This document shows, piece by piece, positions 1 to 10,944 of a DNA stretch of 64,000 nucleotides. The position numbers and the translations under genes are program-made. Every line of letters starts with the position of its first letter. Within the stretch, counting starts at the first letter, position 1. Location: positions 5,498 through 69,497 of the forward strand of contig JAXHNY010000020.1 of assembly GCA_034519905.1 (NCBI GenBank). The letters run 5' to 3'. The DNA is from Ahrensia sp. GTDB lineage: Bacteria; Pseudomonadota; Alphaproteobacteria; Rhizobiales; Rhizobiaceae. The notes below the pieces were generated by a model that was not told where the DNA came from, searched no databases, and worked only from the letters and a program-made list of their open reading frames with translations.

Positions 1-658
1 GCTGAGCGCTTTTATGTCGGCCGGTGTTCAATTGATGACGCGCTACAAACTTCTTTTTATTCTCCCTAAGAATCAAATGCATGTCCTCTTTACAAGTATG
101 TGGTTCAAGTTTTTTGTTTGGGCAGAAGTTAGAGCTGACCTTCCCAGGAGTGATGATGAAAATCGGTGATGGAATTCGTACAGTTGTCGAAGCCGACTAT
201 AATGAGGCGAGTGGTTTTTACAGCCAAGTTCTAACCGGTGGCGTTCTACGTTGGCTGGAATGATAACGGTAACGGGATCACAGTGGGGATGTGGTCGATG
301 CTGCAAAAAATGGTACGACAGGCGATGTTGTCGTTCAGGTCGCTGGGATAGGTGGTGCAATTTGGAGGAAAAAATGGCTGACGACAGAAACTTAAAACAT
401 CGACTTCGCGCAGGGCTCCCGCTCCTCACGATGAGACGGGGTGAGAACCATTTTTTCGGCGGAACATAATGCTGCACAGGATAACCTAAGCTAAGAAGTA
501 ATTTAGCCAAAATAAACATAATTTCATTTCATAAATTTTGCCATCTAAAACATTGTTTTGCGATCAAAACCCGTCAAAACATTGCACCCATCGCCGCTTG
601 ATCGTTAAAATGAAGCTCAACTTATCGAACGGCTTCGCCGCGCCTCTATACTGCGGCG

Positions 659-1153
659 ATGATCGACACACGAGACATCAACACGCGCATTGAGGCCCAT
701 CGCAACACGCTTTTGCGCATGGTTCTGTGTTGGCAGTTTGCGGCGCAGTGGGCGGTCGGCCGAAGGAACAGGCAGCTGCCACGGCGGGTTGGCTCCTTCA
801 TCCTCAGTCTTTTCTTCAAGGCGGAGCTTGCCGCCTGTTATATGATTGTCGCCCTTTGCTCTGTCCACATGCGCCAGCGTGGGTGTCTTGCATTTCCCTC
901 GCCTACGACATTGCGGCTCTTTTCCGCGCGCCATCAAACGGCACAAACCATCACGCTATTTTGCGCGGTCAAGCGCCTTCGGCGGCTAATCCATGTGCTC
1001 AAAACGATGCGTGAGATTGCGCTCGTTTTGGCGCGGCGGCACATCGCGCAAGCGCTCAAGCTTGCGTGTCATCAACGCTTCCTGGCACAAACGCCGTCGC
1101 TTTGTGTCGATTTTTTGCTCATGCAAGAGCACGAGCCTGCCGCCCCGCCGTGA
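659..1153 (+). CDS. hypothetical protein
   Basis: 164-aa ATG ORF, basic and helical-looking, no recognised family. Confidence 0.45.
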   Translation: MIDTRDINTRIEAHRNTLLRMVLCWQFAAQWAVGRRNRQLPRRVGSFILSLFFKAELAACYMIVALCSVHMRQRGCLAFPSPTTLRLFSARHQTAQTITLFCAVKRLRRLIHVLKTMREIALVLARRHIAQALKLACHQRFLAQTPSLCVDFLLMQEHEPAAPP

Positions 1154-1305
1154 CGTTGCATTACGTGACGCGAATTTCATTTCAAACCTGTTTCCCTTCA
1201 AATCGCCCTTTCTAAAGCGCGATATCGCAGCTGCTTGCGAAAAATCCTGAACGTTCACCGACAAGCCGATTGCATCTATCTGGCGCACGCGCCAATAGTT
1301 GCGCC

Positions 1306-2250
1306 ATGGTCTATTTTATCGCCCGCCGCTTGCTGATTGTTGCGCTGACGCTGTTTGCCGCCAGCCTCATCGTGTTTGGCATGTTGCAAGTGGTGCCGGG
1401 CGATCCCGCGCAGCTTATGCTCGGCATCAATGCCGCCGACGAGGCGCTGGCTGCGCTGCGCGAGCAACTGGGGCTGAACCAGCCGCTGATCGAACGCTAT
1501 TTGAGCTGGATCGGCGGCATGCTGCGCGGTGATTTTGGCCGCTCTTACACCTACGGCGTGCCGGTGATCGACCTCGTGCGCGAGCGCATATTTGTCTCAG
1601 CACCCTTGGCCTTGATCGCGCTGGCCTTGTCAACGGCCATCGCCATTCCCGTCGGCATCTTTACTGCGTCGCGGCGCGGCAAACCATCGGACACAGTCAT
1701 CACTGCCGCGACCCAATTTGGCATCGCCATCCCCAACTTCTGGTTCGCCATTTTGCTGGTCTATCTTTTTGCCATCACGCTCAAATGGGTGCCGGCGGGC
1801 GGCTTTGCCGGCTGGGCGGGCGGTGTGTGGCCAGCACTCAAATCGCTCGCGCTTCCCGCCATAGCCTTGGCTCTGCCGCAGGCGGCAATCCTGTCGCGCG
1901 TCACCCGCTCGGCGCTGCTCGACACGCTCAGCGAAGATTATATCCGCACCGCCCGCGCCAAGGGCCTGCCCTTCTCGCATGTGCTTTGGCATCACGCCTT
2001 GCGCAACGCGCTCATTCCCGTGCTGACAATTCTAGGCCTGCAATTTGCGTTTCTGCTCGCCGGTACCATCATCATCGAGAATGTTTTTTATCTGCCCGGC
2101 CTTGGCCGTCTGATCTTTCAATCCATCCAGCGGCTGGATCTGATCGTGGTGCAGTCCGTTGTCGTGCTGCTTGTGACGTCTGTCATCTTGATCAACTTCC
2201 TTGTTGATATTGCCTACGCTTGGGCCGACCCACGATTGAGGACGCGCTGA
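1306..2250 (+). CDS. peptide/nickel ABC transporter permease (DppB/OppB type)
   Basis: PGDPA...LGLNQPL N-terminus, EDYIRTARAKGL EAA motif, IENVFYLPGLG; ATG at 1306. Confidence 0.92.
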   Translation: MVYFIARRLLIVALTLFAASLIVFGMLQVVPGDPAQLMLGINAADEALAALREQLGLNQPLIERYLSWIGGMLRGDFGRSYTYGVPVIDLVRERIFVSAPLALIALALSTAIAIPVGIFTASRRGKPSDTVITAATQFGIAIPNFWFAILLVYLFAITLKWVPAGGFAGWAGGVWPALKSLALPAIALALPQAAILSRVTRSALLDTLSEDYIRTARAKGLPFSHVLWHHALRNALIPVLTILGLQFAFLLAGTIIIENVFYLPGLGRLIFQSIQRLDLIVVQSVVVLLVTSVILINFLVDIAYAWADPRLRTR

Positions 2251-2251
2251 C

Positions 2252-3101
2252 ATGGCGCGCCCCATCGAACCCTCAAGCTGGTCCCAAGCGTTTGCCAACC
2301 GCTCGTTTGTTTGGGGCTTTGCAATCACGGCCACGATCACCGCCATGGCGCTCATCTCTCTGGTGTGGACGCCCTATGACGTGACGGCGCTCAACATTCC
2401 TGCCCGCCTGAAGCCCGTGAGCGCGGCCTATTGGCTCGGCACCGACCATTTTGGCCGCGACATATTTTCGATGCTCATGGTCGGCGCGCGCAACTCCATA
2501 GCCGTCGCGCTCATCGCGGTCGGCATCGGCATCATCATCGGGGTGCCGCTCGGCTGCTGGGCAGCGGCCAAGCGCGGCTGGGTCGACGAGCTTTTGATGC
2601 GCACCTCGGATATTATCTTTGCCTTCCCTGCCCTGCTTTCGGCGGTCATGATCACGGCCATCTTTGGGGCCAGCGCCACCAATGCCATCATCGCCATCGG
2701 CATCTTCAACATCCCCGTCTTTGCCCGCGTTGCCCGCGGCGCAGCACTCTCCATCTGGGCGCGCGAGTTCATTCTGGCCGCCAAAGCATCGGGCAAAGGT
2801 GCCGCACGCATCACCGCCGAGCACATCCTGCCCAACATCGCCAACGTGCTCATCGTGCAAGGCACTATTCAGTTCTCGCTGGGCATTTTGGCCGAGGCGG
2901 GCCTGTCTTACGTTGGCCTTGGCACGCAGCCCCCCGATGTGTCTTGGGGGCGTATGCTCAACGAGGCACAGACGATGATTGCCCTTGCGCCGCAGATGGC
3001 CATCATCCCGGGGCGGCGATCATCATCCTGCTCCTGGGGCTCAATCCAGCGGCGATGGTCTGCGCGATGTGTTCGATCCCAAGTTGCGGCGGGAGCGATG
3101 A
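2252..3101 (+). CDS. peptide/nickel ABC transporter permease (DppC/OppC type), frameshifted near 3010-3050
   Basis: LGTDHFGRD, HILPN, EAGLSYVGLG motifs; the expected C-terminus [18 protein letters not shown](3099-3101) lies in another frame. Confidence 0.85.
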
Positions 3102-4744
3102 CGAAAACGATGCGCGAGCCGATATTGACCATCGACAACCTGAGCGTGATGGCGGGTGACCACCGCATCTTGCACAGCATCAACATCAGCCTTAGTGCCG
3201 GAGAAATCCATGCCATCGTCGGCGAAAGCGGCTCAGGAAAATCGATCACGGCGCTGTCAGTCATGGGCTTGCTACCACCCGCCCTTCGAGCCCATGGCAG
3301 CATCAACTTCGCGGGCAACAATCTTGTAGAGGCCAGCGAGGCCGACATGTGTGCGCTGCGCGGTGACGACATCGCCATGGTGTTCCAAGAGCCGATGACA
3401 GCGCTCAACCCGGTCAAGACGATTGGCGAACAGATCGCCGAGGGCATTAGGTGGCACACGAAGGTCAGCCGCGCGGCTGCCGAGGATCGAACCCGCGCTA
3501 TCCTTGACCGCGTGGGACTGCCCGCGGCAAAGTTTCCGCTCACCCGATTCCCGCACGAGCTATCGGGTGGCCAGCGGCAGCGCGTCGTCATTGCCATCGC
3601 CTGCGCGCTCAATCCAAAATTGCTCATCGCCGATGAACCAACCACGGCCCTTGATGTGGTGCTGCAGGCACAGATCCTTGATCTGCTGCGCGAGCTGGTG
3701 GCGGAGAACAATATGGGGCTGATCCTGATCAGCCATGACCTCGGCGTGGTCGCTGAAATGGCCGACACGCTGACCATTTTGCGCGGCGGTGTTGTGCAAG
3801 ACCAAGGCGATGCCATTGAGGTACTGCGCCACCAGCGCCACAGCTACACACGCCAACTGGCTGAAGCGTCTACCCATACTCCAGCGTGGCAAGCGCGCGG
3901 CGCGCAGGCCTCAGATATCCCCCTCCTCAAAGTAGAGGGGGTGTCGAAAGTCTATTCCGGCAGGCGGTCGGGCCTTTTCAGCCCTGCCAAACCCTTCATC
4001 GCCGTCGACAATGTCTCGTTTGAAATTCCTGCTGGTCGGTCGGTCGGCCTCGTCGGCCAATCGGGCTGCGGAAAATCAACGCTCGCGCGCATCGTCTTGG
4101 CGCTGGATCAAGCCACCTCCGGCACAGTCGAATTCGCAGGCACGAAGATGAGCGATGCCACGGCCAAGGCGCTGCGCGCAGCGCGGCGCGATATGCATGT
4201 CGTCTTTCAAGACCCGTATGGATCGTTCAATCCGCGCATGACGGTTGAAAAGCTCATCGCCGAGCCGTTGTTTCTCCTGCCTGAAAAACTGAGCCGCAGT
4301 GATACCCGCGACCGCGTTGCCAGCGCGCTGCAAGAAGTCAGCATGGATGTCGATGCCATGGACAAATACCCCCATGAATTTTCCGGCGGTCAGCGACAAC
4401 GGCTCGCCATAGCCCGCGCCATCATCACGCGGCCAAAATTGGTTGTGGCTGACGAGCCGGTTTCAGCCCTCGACGTTTCCATTCGCGCGCAAATTCTTGA
4501 TCTGTTCGCCAAGTTAAATGACGAACTGGGCCTTGCGTTTTTGTTTATCACACATGATCTAGCCGTCGCACGCGCAATCACCCATGAGGTGATGGTGATG
4601 AGCCACGGAAAAATTGTCGAACGCGGTTTGACCCATGATATACTGGACAGTCCGCAAACAGACGCGGCGCAGAAATTAGTAAAAGCAACGCCGAACCTGA
4701 TCGAGGCGATTGCCAGAAGGTCAAAAATTGAGAAAGGCGAGTAA
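3098..4744 (+). CDS. ABC transporter ATP-binding protein, double ATPase domain (DppD-DppF type)
   Basis: Two Walker A motifs ([16 protein letters not shown]), [16 protein letters not shown] signatures; ATGA overlap with permease stop. Confidence 0.9.
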   Translation: MTKTMREPILTIDNLSVMAGDHRILHSINISLSAGEIHAIVGESGSGKSITALSVMGLLPPALRAHGSINFAGNNLVEASEADMCALRGDDIAMVFQEPMTALNPVKTIGEQIAEGIRWHTKVSRAAAEDRTRAILDRVGLPAAKFPLTRFPHELSGGQRQRVVIAIACALNPKLLIADEPTTALDVVLQAQILDLLRELVAENNMGLILISHDLGVVAEMADTLTILRGGVVQDQGDAIEVLRHQRHSYTRQLAEASTHTPAWQARGAQASDIPLLKVEGVSKVYSGRRSGLFSPAKPFIAVDNVSFEIPAGRSVGLVGQSGCGKSTLARIVLALDQATSGTVEFAGTKMSDATAKALRAARRDMHVVFQDPYGSFNPRMTVEKLIAEPLFLLPEKLSRSDTRDRVASALQEVSMDVDAMDKYPHEFSGGQRQRLAIARAIITRPKLVVADEPVSALDVSIRAQILDLFAKLNDELGLAFLFITHDLAVARAITHEVMVMSHGKIVERGLTHDILDSPQTDAAQKLVKATPNLIEAIARRSKIEKGE

Positions 4745-5704
4745 AGCAAGTAAAGCCACAGCAATCGTCGCCAAAGTCATAGCGCGCCAGAACACACCGA
4801 TTGCGTGATCAATATCATCGGCATTGGCATTTTTGTCCCCCACATCGTTCATGAAAGGCTCGTCTGCAATATCGCCGCCAGCATAGTTGCGCGGGCCACC
4901 AAGCGCCAAGTTGCAAACGGCTGCCATCGCACTTTCCGGCCAACCGGCATTGGGCGAGCGGTGCAGTTTAGCGTCGCGGATCATCACGCGAAAATTGTCT
5001 TCAATATTGTTCAGCTCACCGCCCAAAATTATCAGCCCTCCCGTCAATCGAGCCGGAACCCAATTGGCAAAATCGTCAAACTTTGCCGATGCGCGGCCAA
5101 AGGCGCGATAACGCTCGCTCATATGGCCGATCATCGAGTCAGCCGTGTTGAGCATCTTATAGGCAAACAGCCCCGGCAGCCCAAAGATCGCATACCAGAA
5201 CGCTGGCGCGATCACGCCGTCGGACGCGTTCTCAGCAAGGCTTTCTATGGCAGCGCGCGCCACGCCAGCTTCATCCAGCGTTGCGGCATTGCGCCCAACG
5301 ATCATCGATACGGCTTTTCGCCCGCCTTCTACGCCATCTTTTCGCAGGCCCGCAGAGACGGCGCCGACATGGTCGGCAAGGCTTTTTTGCGCCAAAAATA
5401 CGGCAACAATCACTGTCTCGATTACAATGCCCACAAGGCCGCCCCAAGAAAATACCGCGGAGAAAAATGCGCCGATGACCACTGAACTGATGAGCAAAAT
5501 TGCAATGGTGATGAACCCATATTTTTCGCGCTGCGACGCTGCAATCTCAGGCCTGTTGAACCGCTTTTCAGCGAATGAAATCGCGTTGCCAAACAGCACC
5601 ACCGGATGGGGCAAACGCCGCCAAAGCCAATCGGGATCACCAATAACTCTGTCGAGAAGCAATGCCACAAGCAAGATCAAAAATGTTGAAGTGCCGTCTA
5701 TCAT
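4721..5704 (-). CDS. cobD: adenosylcobinamide-phosphate synthase
   Basis: GDP..LPHPV, AAIESLAENASDG, NTADSMIG, SPNAGWPE motifs of CobD/CbiB. Confidence 0.93.
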   Translation of the reverse strand: MIDGTSTFLILLVALLLDRVIGDPDWLWRRLPHPVVLFGNAISFAEKRFNRPEIAASQREKYGFITIAILLISSVVIGAFFSAVFSWGGLVGIVIETVIVAVFLAQKSLADHVGAVSAGLRKDGVEGGRKAVSMIVGRNAATLDEAGVARAAIESLAENASDGVIAPAFWYAIFGLPGLFAYKMLNTADSMIGHMSERYRAFGRASAKFDDFANWVPARLTGGLIILGGELNNIEDNFRVMIRDAKLHRSPNAGWPESAMAAVCNLALGGPRNYAGGDIADEPFMNDVGDKNANADDIDHAIGVFWRAMTLATIAVALLALLAFLNF

Positions 5705-6702
5705 CGGGTGCTTTTGCCATGCGCCAGCGCCTGCTCCAAGCGCTGAAACTCAGCGTCACAACGAGGCAATCCAAAGCGTATCCATGCGGGTTCATAATCA
5801 AAAGCACGCACCAAAATGTTATTCTGCGCCAATGACTTAACAATATGAGCGGAATCAAAATGTGAAGCGGTGATAAACAGATCCGTCGCGCCGACAAATT
5901 CAAAGCCGAAACGCGCAAGCAATTGTTCAAGCGTGTTTCTTTTGATTTTTAGTTCCGCGCGGGTGCGGTTGATCCAGACGGTATCGCGCATCGCCAGTGC
6001 CCCCACATAAAGCGCAGGGCCAGACACCGCCCAAGGCCCCAGTTGCTGCTCGATTTTGTTAGCCATTTCTGGGTGGCAGACCGCGAAACCTAGGCGCAAT
6101 CCGGCAAGCCCAAAAAACTTACCGAACGATTTAAGAACGATGGTATTGTCAGGCAATTTAGGAGCAAGCGAACAATGCGGATCGACATCGCAAAATGCTT
6201 CGTCGACGATCAGCGTGCCATTACGTTTTGCCAAACGAGATGCAACATCGACCAACGCGTTGGCGCAATGTTTTGAACCTGTAGGATTGTTTGGATTGAC
6301 GATCACAACGACATCGCCGCGTGCTTCTTGCAGGGAATTGACCGGATGAATTTCAGCGCCGCCGCGCCCCCAGCATCGCGCGTGCTCATTATAAGTGGGC
6401 GAAACGATAGACACGGTTTGAGCTTGGATGATTTGCGGCAGCAATTGGATAAGCGCCTGCGTACCCGGCGCAGCCACAAGACAAGCATGGTCAGGCAACT
6501 CGTAATAGGCACGGGCAGCAGCCAAGCAATCATTTAGCAAGCCTTCATCGGGGAGCCGGTGCCAGACATCTGCCGGAAAATCTTGTGCCAAATATGGGTT
6601 CGGATTTATGCCCGTCGAAAGGTCAATCCAGTCACCGCGTTTGCCGCCATATTGCGCGATGGCTCGATCGAGCGCGCCACCATGTTGAACGATGGTTTCC
6701 AT
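5701..6702 (-). CDS. cobC: threonine-phosphate decarboxylase
   Basis: HGG, DLSTGINP, NPNNPTG, DEAF, SFGKFFGLAGLRLG PLP motif; cob context. Confidence 0.92.
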   Translation of the reverse strand: METIVQHGGALDRAIAQYGGKRGDWIDLSTGINPNPYLAQDFPADVWHRLPDEGLLNDCLAAARAYYELPDHACLVAAPGTQALIQLLPQIIQAQTVSIVSPTYNEHARCWGRGGAEIHPVNSLQEARGDVVVIVNPNNPTGSKHCANALVDVASRLAKRNGTLIVDEAFCDVDPHCSLAPKLPDNTIVLKSFGKFFGLAGLRLGFAVCHPEMANKIEQQLGPWAVSGPALYVGALAMRDTVWINRTRAELKIKRNTLEQLLARFGFEFVGATDLFITASHFDSAHIVKSLAQNNILVRAFDYEPAWIRFGLPRCDAEFQRLEQALAHGKSTR

Positions 6703-8015
6703 TAATCGGCTCTATCGATGATATGGCAATAGGATCCCGCAACCGATCCAACCCGCAGTCCTGCTTGGCCGAGGTCTTTGCCTGTTGCATCAGCGACGGC
6801 AAAAAGTGGCTCGCCCTGCCCACGACTAATCTCAGTGGAATAGTGGAACTCATGGGCGGTCATTGGCAACTGCCACGGAGACCCAGCCAGGGGCAAAAGT
6901 CGGCGGTAACCAAGGTGACGTTGGCGTTTTTCAAAACTCGTTGTGACCGGCAACAGGCCAAGCATCCCATGGCTCTTTCCATCCGCATCAATCAGCTGGT
7001 CGCCAAGCACCATATAGCCACCGCACTCGCCGTAAATCATAACCTTGCGCAGTGCAGCGTCATGCATCGCACGGCGAAAATGGTTTGCTTTAGCCAGTAT
7101 AGCCGCATGCAATTCCGGATACCCGCCCGGCAGATAGATTGCGTCAGCGTCTTTTGACGGGCCTTCATCCGCAAGCGGTGAAAAATAGCTAAGCTGCGCG
7201 CCGGCACGCTTCCACCCATCAACCAAATGCGGATAGCAAAAGGCAAAGGCGTCATCGAAGGCGATGGCGATATGCTTTCCAAGCGGCGGCATAGGTTCGG
7301 GCCGCTGGTGACCATCGAGCTGCGCCATATGAAGTTCTGTTAGCCTATCAATATCGATAGACCGGCCCATCACCTGACCTGCGTGGTTCAAAAACGCCTC
7401 CAACGCCTCATGTTCCTGCGCTTGAACCAACCCCAGATGGCGGCTTGGCAATTCTAGGCGTTCGTCCTGCATGACAACGCCGAGAACTGGCAGATTGAGA
7501 GGCTCGAGTGCTTGCCGCAACATGGCCTCATGGCGCACGCTGCCAACACGGTTCAAAATTATGCCCGCAAAACGCAAGCTCGCCCGCATATTCACATAGC
7601 CACCCACCAGCGCAGCGATGCTTTGCGCCATGCGTGCACAATCGACCACAAACACGATGGGCAGACCGAGTTGCTCGGCCAGATCGGCAGCGCTGCCGGA
7701 ACCGTCTGCACTGCCGTCAAAAAGCCCCATCATGGCTTCCACGACGAGCACACGTCCGCTACCGTGAGCACTTGCATTGGCAGCGATGAGTTTTGGCCGC
7801 ATTGCCCACGGATCAAGGTTGGTGCAAATTTGGCCACTGGCGAAGGCATGAAACGCCGGATCGATATAGTCGGGCCCAGCCTTTGCAGGCGCAAGATTGA
7901 TACCGCGATCACGCATGGCGCGTAGAAGGCCGAGTGTCACGACAGTTTTGCCAGAGCCCGAATGTGGCGCTGCAATCATGAAGCCACTCGCACTCATATT
8001 CATACTCATACTCAT
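6702..8015 (-). CDS. cobB: cobyrinate/hydrogenobyrinate a,c-diamide synthase
   Basis: SGSGKT, GPDYIDP, EAMMGLFDG, PGGYPELH, GECGG, HEFHYS; start ambiguous among MSMSMNMS. Confidence 0.93.
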   Translation of the reverse strand: MSMSMNMSASGFMIAAPHSGSGKTVVTLGLLRAMRDRGINLAPAKAGPDYIDPAFHAFASGQICTNLDPWAMRPKLIAANASAHGSGRVLVVEAMMGLFDGSADGSGSAADLAEQLGLPIVFVVDCARMAQSIAALVGGYVNMRASLRFAGIILNRVGSVRHEAMLRQALEPLNLPVLGVVMQDERLELPSRHLGLVQAQEHEALEAFLNHAGQVMGRSIDIDRLTELHMAQLDGHQRPEPMPPLGKHIAIAFDDAFAFCYPHLVDGWKRAGAQLSYFSPLADEGPSKDADAIYLPGGYPELHAAILAKANHFRRAMHDAALRKVMIYGECGGYMVLGDQLIDADGKSHGMLGLLPVTTSFEKRQRHLGYRRLLPLAGSPWQLPMTAHEFHYSTEISRGQGEPLFAVADATGKDLGQAGLRVGSVAGSYCHIIDRAD

Positions 8016-8875
8016 GCAGATTGTTCTTGGGCATGCAGCCCAAGCGGGTCTGCGTCCAGCACACGCCCATCGCGCAGCGCGCCGAGCCAATCAAGCCCCT
8101 TGCGCAACCGCACGACTTCTCCCACCACAACAATGGCGGGCGGCACGAGGCCGGATGCCTCCACATCGGCAACCGCAGTGCCAAGGGTTGTCTCGAGCAC
8201 TTGCTGATTGTCGGTCGCCGCATTGCAAACAAAAGCTACAGGCTCGTCGGGCGAGCGCCCCTCTTGCATCAGCCGCGCTGCAATCGTGCCTATATGTTTC
8301 ATGGCCATATACATGACGATCACGGGCGAGCCTTTTGCGACACCCGCCCAATTGATGGCATCTGGCATAATGCCGGTGGCGTCGTGTCCCGTAAGAAATG
8401 TTACATTGTGATTTGTGTCGCGGTGCGTCACTGGAATGCCGGCGTAAGCAAGTCCGCCGATGCCAGCCGTAATACCCGGCACAATCCGAAACGGAATGGA
8501 ATGTTGCACCAATGTCAATGCCTCTTCGCCGCCGCGGCCAAACACAAACGGATCGCCGCCCTTAAGGCGCAGGACACGTTTTCCCGCGCGCGCAAATGCA
8601 ACAAGCCGCAGCGAAATGTCGCGCTGCTTGGGCGACGGCTTGCCGCCACGCTTGCCCGCATATTCAAGCACCGCTTTTGGCGAGGCGAGCTTGAGACATT
8701 CATCGTCGACCAACGCATCATACACAACCACATCAGCTTGACTGAGCGCATTGACAGCGTGCAGCGTGAGCAACCCGGGATCACCCGGCCCAGCCCCGAC
8801 GAGCCACACATGACCTGGCTCGAAAGGTGGGAGCCGATCTTGAAGTGCTGCACTGATGTTTGCTTCAAAACTCAT
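8012..8875 (-). CDS. cobA: uroporphyrinogen-III C-methyltransferase
   Basis: VGAGPGDPGLLT, RLKGGDPFVFGRGGEE motifs. Confidence 0.94.
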   Translation of the reverse strand: MSFEANISAALQDRLPPFEPGHVWLVGAGPGDPGLLTLHAVNALSQADVVVYDALVDDECLKLASPKAVLEYAGKRGGKPSPKQRDISLRLVAFARAGKRVLRLKGGDPFVFGRGGEEALTLVQHSIPFRIVPGITAGIGGLAYAGIPVTHRDTNHNVTFLTGHDATGIMPDAINWAGVAKGSPVIVMYMAMKHIGTIAARLMQEGRSPDEPVAFVCNAATDNQQVLETTLGTAVADVEASGLVPPAIVVVGEVVRLRKGLDWLGALRDGRVLDADPLGLHAQEQSA

Positions 8876-8936
8876 ACACAATTCTTAGGCCTAAAAAGTC
8901 TTTCCGACCAGTCCATTTCGATACTATAACGCGGAT

Positions 8937-10076
8937 ATGGACAATAACCCACATGTGGATGAAGCAGATGCTGGATTGCGCAAACCCGATGGCCCTTTGC
9001 GACGTGGCTGGACCACCGGCGCATGCGCAACGGCAGCCACAAAAGCAGCCCTGACAGCATTGCTGACGGGCAAATTTCCTGACCCCGTCACGATCACGCT
9101 GCCTAAAGGCGAGACGCCGTCATTCGTGTTGTCGACCGAAGACCTAACAGCGCATTACGCAGAAGCGGCAATCGTCAAAGATGCAGGCGATGACCCAGAT
9201 GTGACCCATGGAGCGACAATCTGTGTACGTGTCGAACATTCTCAAAATGGCATCGAGTTTGCGGCAGGTATCGGCGTTGGCAGCATCACGCGCGAGGGGC
9301 TTCCCCTGCCGGTCGGTGAGCCTGCGATCAACCCCATACCACGGCAACTGATGACCCACGTTGTACATACACTCTGCGCTGAACATAACGTCGCGCCGAA
9401 TTTCAAAATCACGATATCTATACCCGGCGGCGAAGCGCTTGCGGCGAAAACTTGGAACCCGCGATTGGGCATTGTGGGCGGCCTTTCGATACTTGGCACC
9501 ACAGGCATCGTGCATCCGTTCTCCTGTGCCGCTTGGATACATTCTATCCACCGCGGCATCGATGTGGCACGCGCAGCAGGCATCACTCATGTATTAGGCT
9601 CGACCGGCTCAACATCCGAAAACGCCGCTGTCAAAATTTATGGATTTCCAGAAATAGCCCAACTCGACATGGGTGATTTTGCGGGCGGACTTTTGAAGTA
9701 TTTGCGCGAACATCCCATTGACAAAATCACCATCGCTGGGGGCTTTGCGAAGATGGTCAAAATGGCGCAAGGCGCTGGTGATCTACATTCGGGCAGAAGC
9801 CAAGTTGATATGGAGTTCTTGGCACAAGTGATGGCACAAAACGACACGCGGCTCATCTTGAATCAAAACCTTAAAGAGCAGATTCTCAATGCTAACACCG
9901 CAGCGCAGGTCCTTGAATTAGCACTAGGTTTCGGCGTTGATATTGTGCCAGAAATTGCTAACCGCGCCCGTAAAACTGCCATGGCTATTTTGAAGGACTC
10001 CCCCATTGATGTGGAAATAATGATCGTCGACCGCAAGGGCATCGTGTTGCACCAAACAGGTTTTGGCGCAAATTGA
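8937..10076 (+). CDS. cbiD: cobalt-precorrin-5B C1-methyltransferase
   Basis: LRRGWTTGACA, KDAGDDPDVTHG, NPRLGIVGGLSILGTTGIV. Confidence 0.94.
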   Translation: MDNNPHVDEADAGLRKPDGPLRRGWTTGACATAATKAALTALLTGKFPDPVTITLPKGETPSFVLSTEDLTAHYAEAAIVKDAGDDPDVTHGATICVRVEHSQNGIEFAAGIGVGSITREGLPLPVGEPAINPIPRQLMTHVVHTLCAEHNVAPNFKITISIPGGEALAAKTWNPRLGIVGGLSILGTTGIVHPFSCAAWIHSIHRGIDVARAAGITHVLGSTGSTSENAAVKIYGFPEIAQLDMGDFAGGLLKYLREHPIDKITIAGGFAKMVKMAQGAGDLHSGRSQVDMEFLAQVMAQNDTRLILNQNLKEQILNANTAAQVLELALGFGVDIVPEIANRARKTAMAILKDSPIDVEIMIVDRKGIVLHQTGFGAN

Positions 10077-10732
10077 GCGAAGTTATTCTCATCCTCGGCG
10101 GCACCAAAGAAGCTGCAGAACTGGCTAGCAAATTGGTCGCAGAAAAACCGCTGGCGCGCGTGATCTCATCGCTTGCTGGACGCACAAAAGAACCAAGTCC
10201 CCCTATGGGTGAAGTACGTGTAGGCGGCTTTGGTGGCGCAGCAGGATTGGCTCAATTCATCAAAGATAATCACGTCACGCTTCTGATTGATGCGACACAT
10301 CCTTTTGCGAAAAACATCTCCCAAAATGCCCAACGCGCGGCGGCGGAAACGGGCGTCCGCTTCCAAACCTTAACCCGCCAACCATGGGAAAAACAGCACG
10401 GTGATCAATGGATCGAAGTGCCCGATCTGGTGCAGGCACGTGATAAAATTCCCGTCGGCGCACGCGTGCTGCTGGCGCTTGGCAGCCAACATATTGATCT
10501 GTTTAAAACGCGCAACGACGTGCACTTTTTGGTGCGTATGGTAGACGCGCCGCCCGTGCCACCGGCGCTTCCAAATCATGTTTTGGAGATCGGCAAACCC
10601 GGCGATCTTGCACACGAGCGCGAACTTTTAATGCGGCATGAAATTACGCACATCGTCTGCCGAAATTCCGGCGGCCAAGGCGCATACGCAAAAATTGAAG
10701 CGGCGCGGGAACTATATTGTGTGATGGATTAA
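10073..10732 (+). CDS. cobK: precorrin-6A reductase (C-terminus appears replaced)
   Basis: ILGGT, SLAGRT, GGFGG, IDATHPFA, RNSGG, KIEAAREL; similarity ends abruptly at an AT-rich tract. Confidence 0.88.
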   Translation: MSEVILILGGTKEAAELASKLVAEKPLARVISSLAGRTKEPSPPMGEVRVGGFGGAAGLAQFIKDNHVTLLIDATHPFAKNISQNAQRAAAETGVRFQTLTRQPWEKQHGDQWIEVPDLVQARDKIPVGARVLLALGSQHIDLFKTRNDVHFLVRMVDAPPVPPALPNHVLEIGKPGDLAHERELLMRHEITHIVCRNSGGQGAYAKIEAARELYCVMD

Positions 10733-10944
10733 AAGTGGGGATAAAGATTTAATAAAATAAATAGTGGGAATAAGAAAAGGAAAAGCATCTTTATATATTC
10801 TTGCTAAATTCTCTGGATATTAAGGGCCGGTTTCAATTCGAGTTACTATCATCCGCGCAGATTTCTTAGCTTATATTAAACAAGGAAGAAGAAGGAAAAG
10901 GGAAGAAGACAAAAGGGAAAAACCAAACAAAAAAACGGGGGAAC

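Noticed and set aside
1-600. Short ORFs 81-263, 251-469 and 73-519
   Set aside because: No recognisable motifs and mutually overlapping; cannot support a gene call.
2252-4744. 830-aa permease-ATPase fusion ORF
   Set aside because: The junction reads as out-of-frame sequence; the true permease end and an ATGA-coupled ATPase start are visible at 3098-3101.
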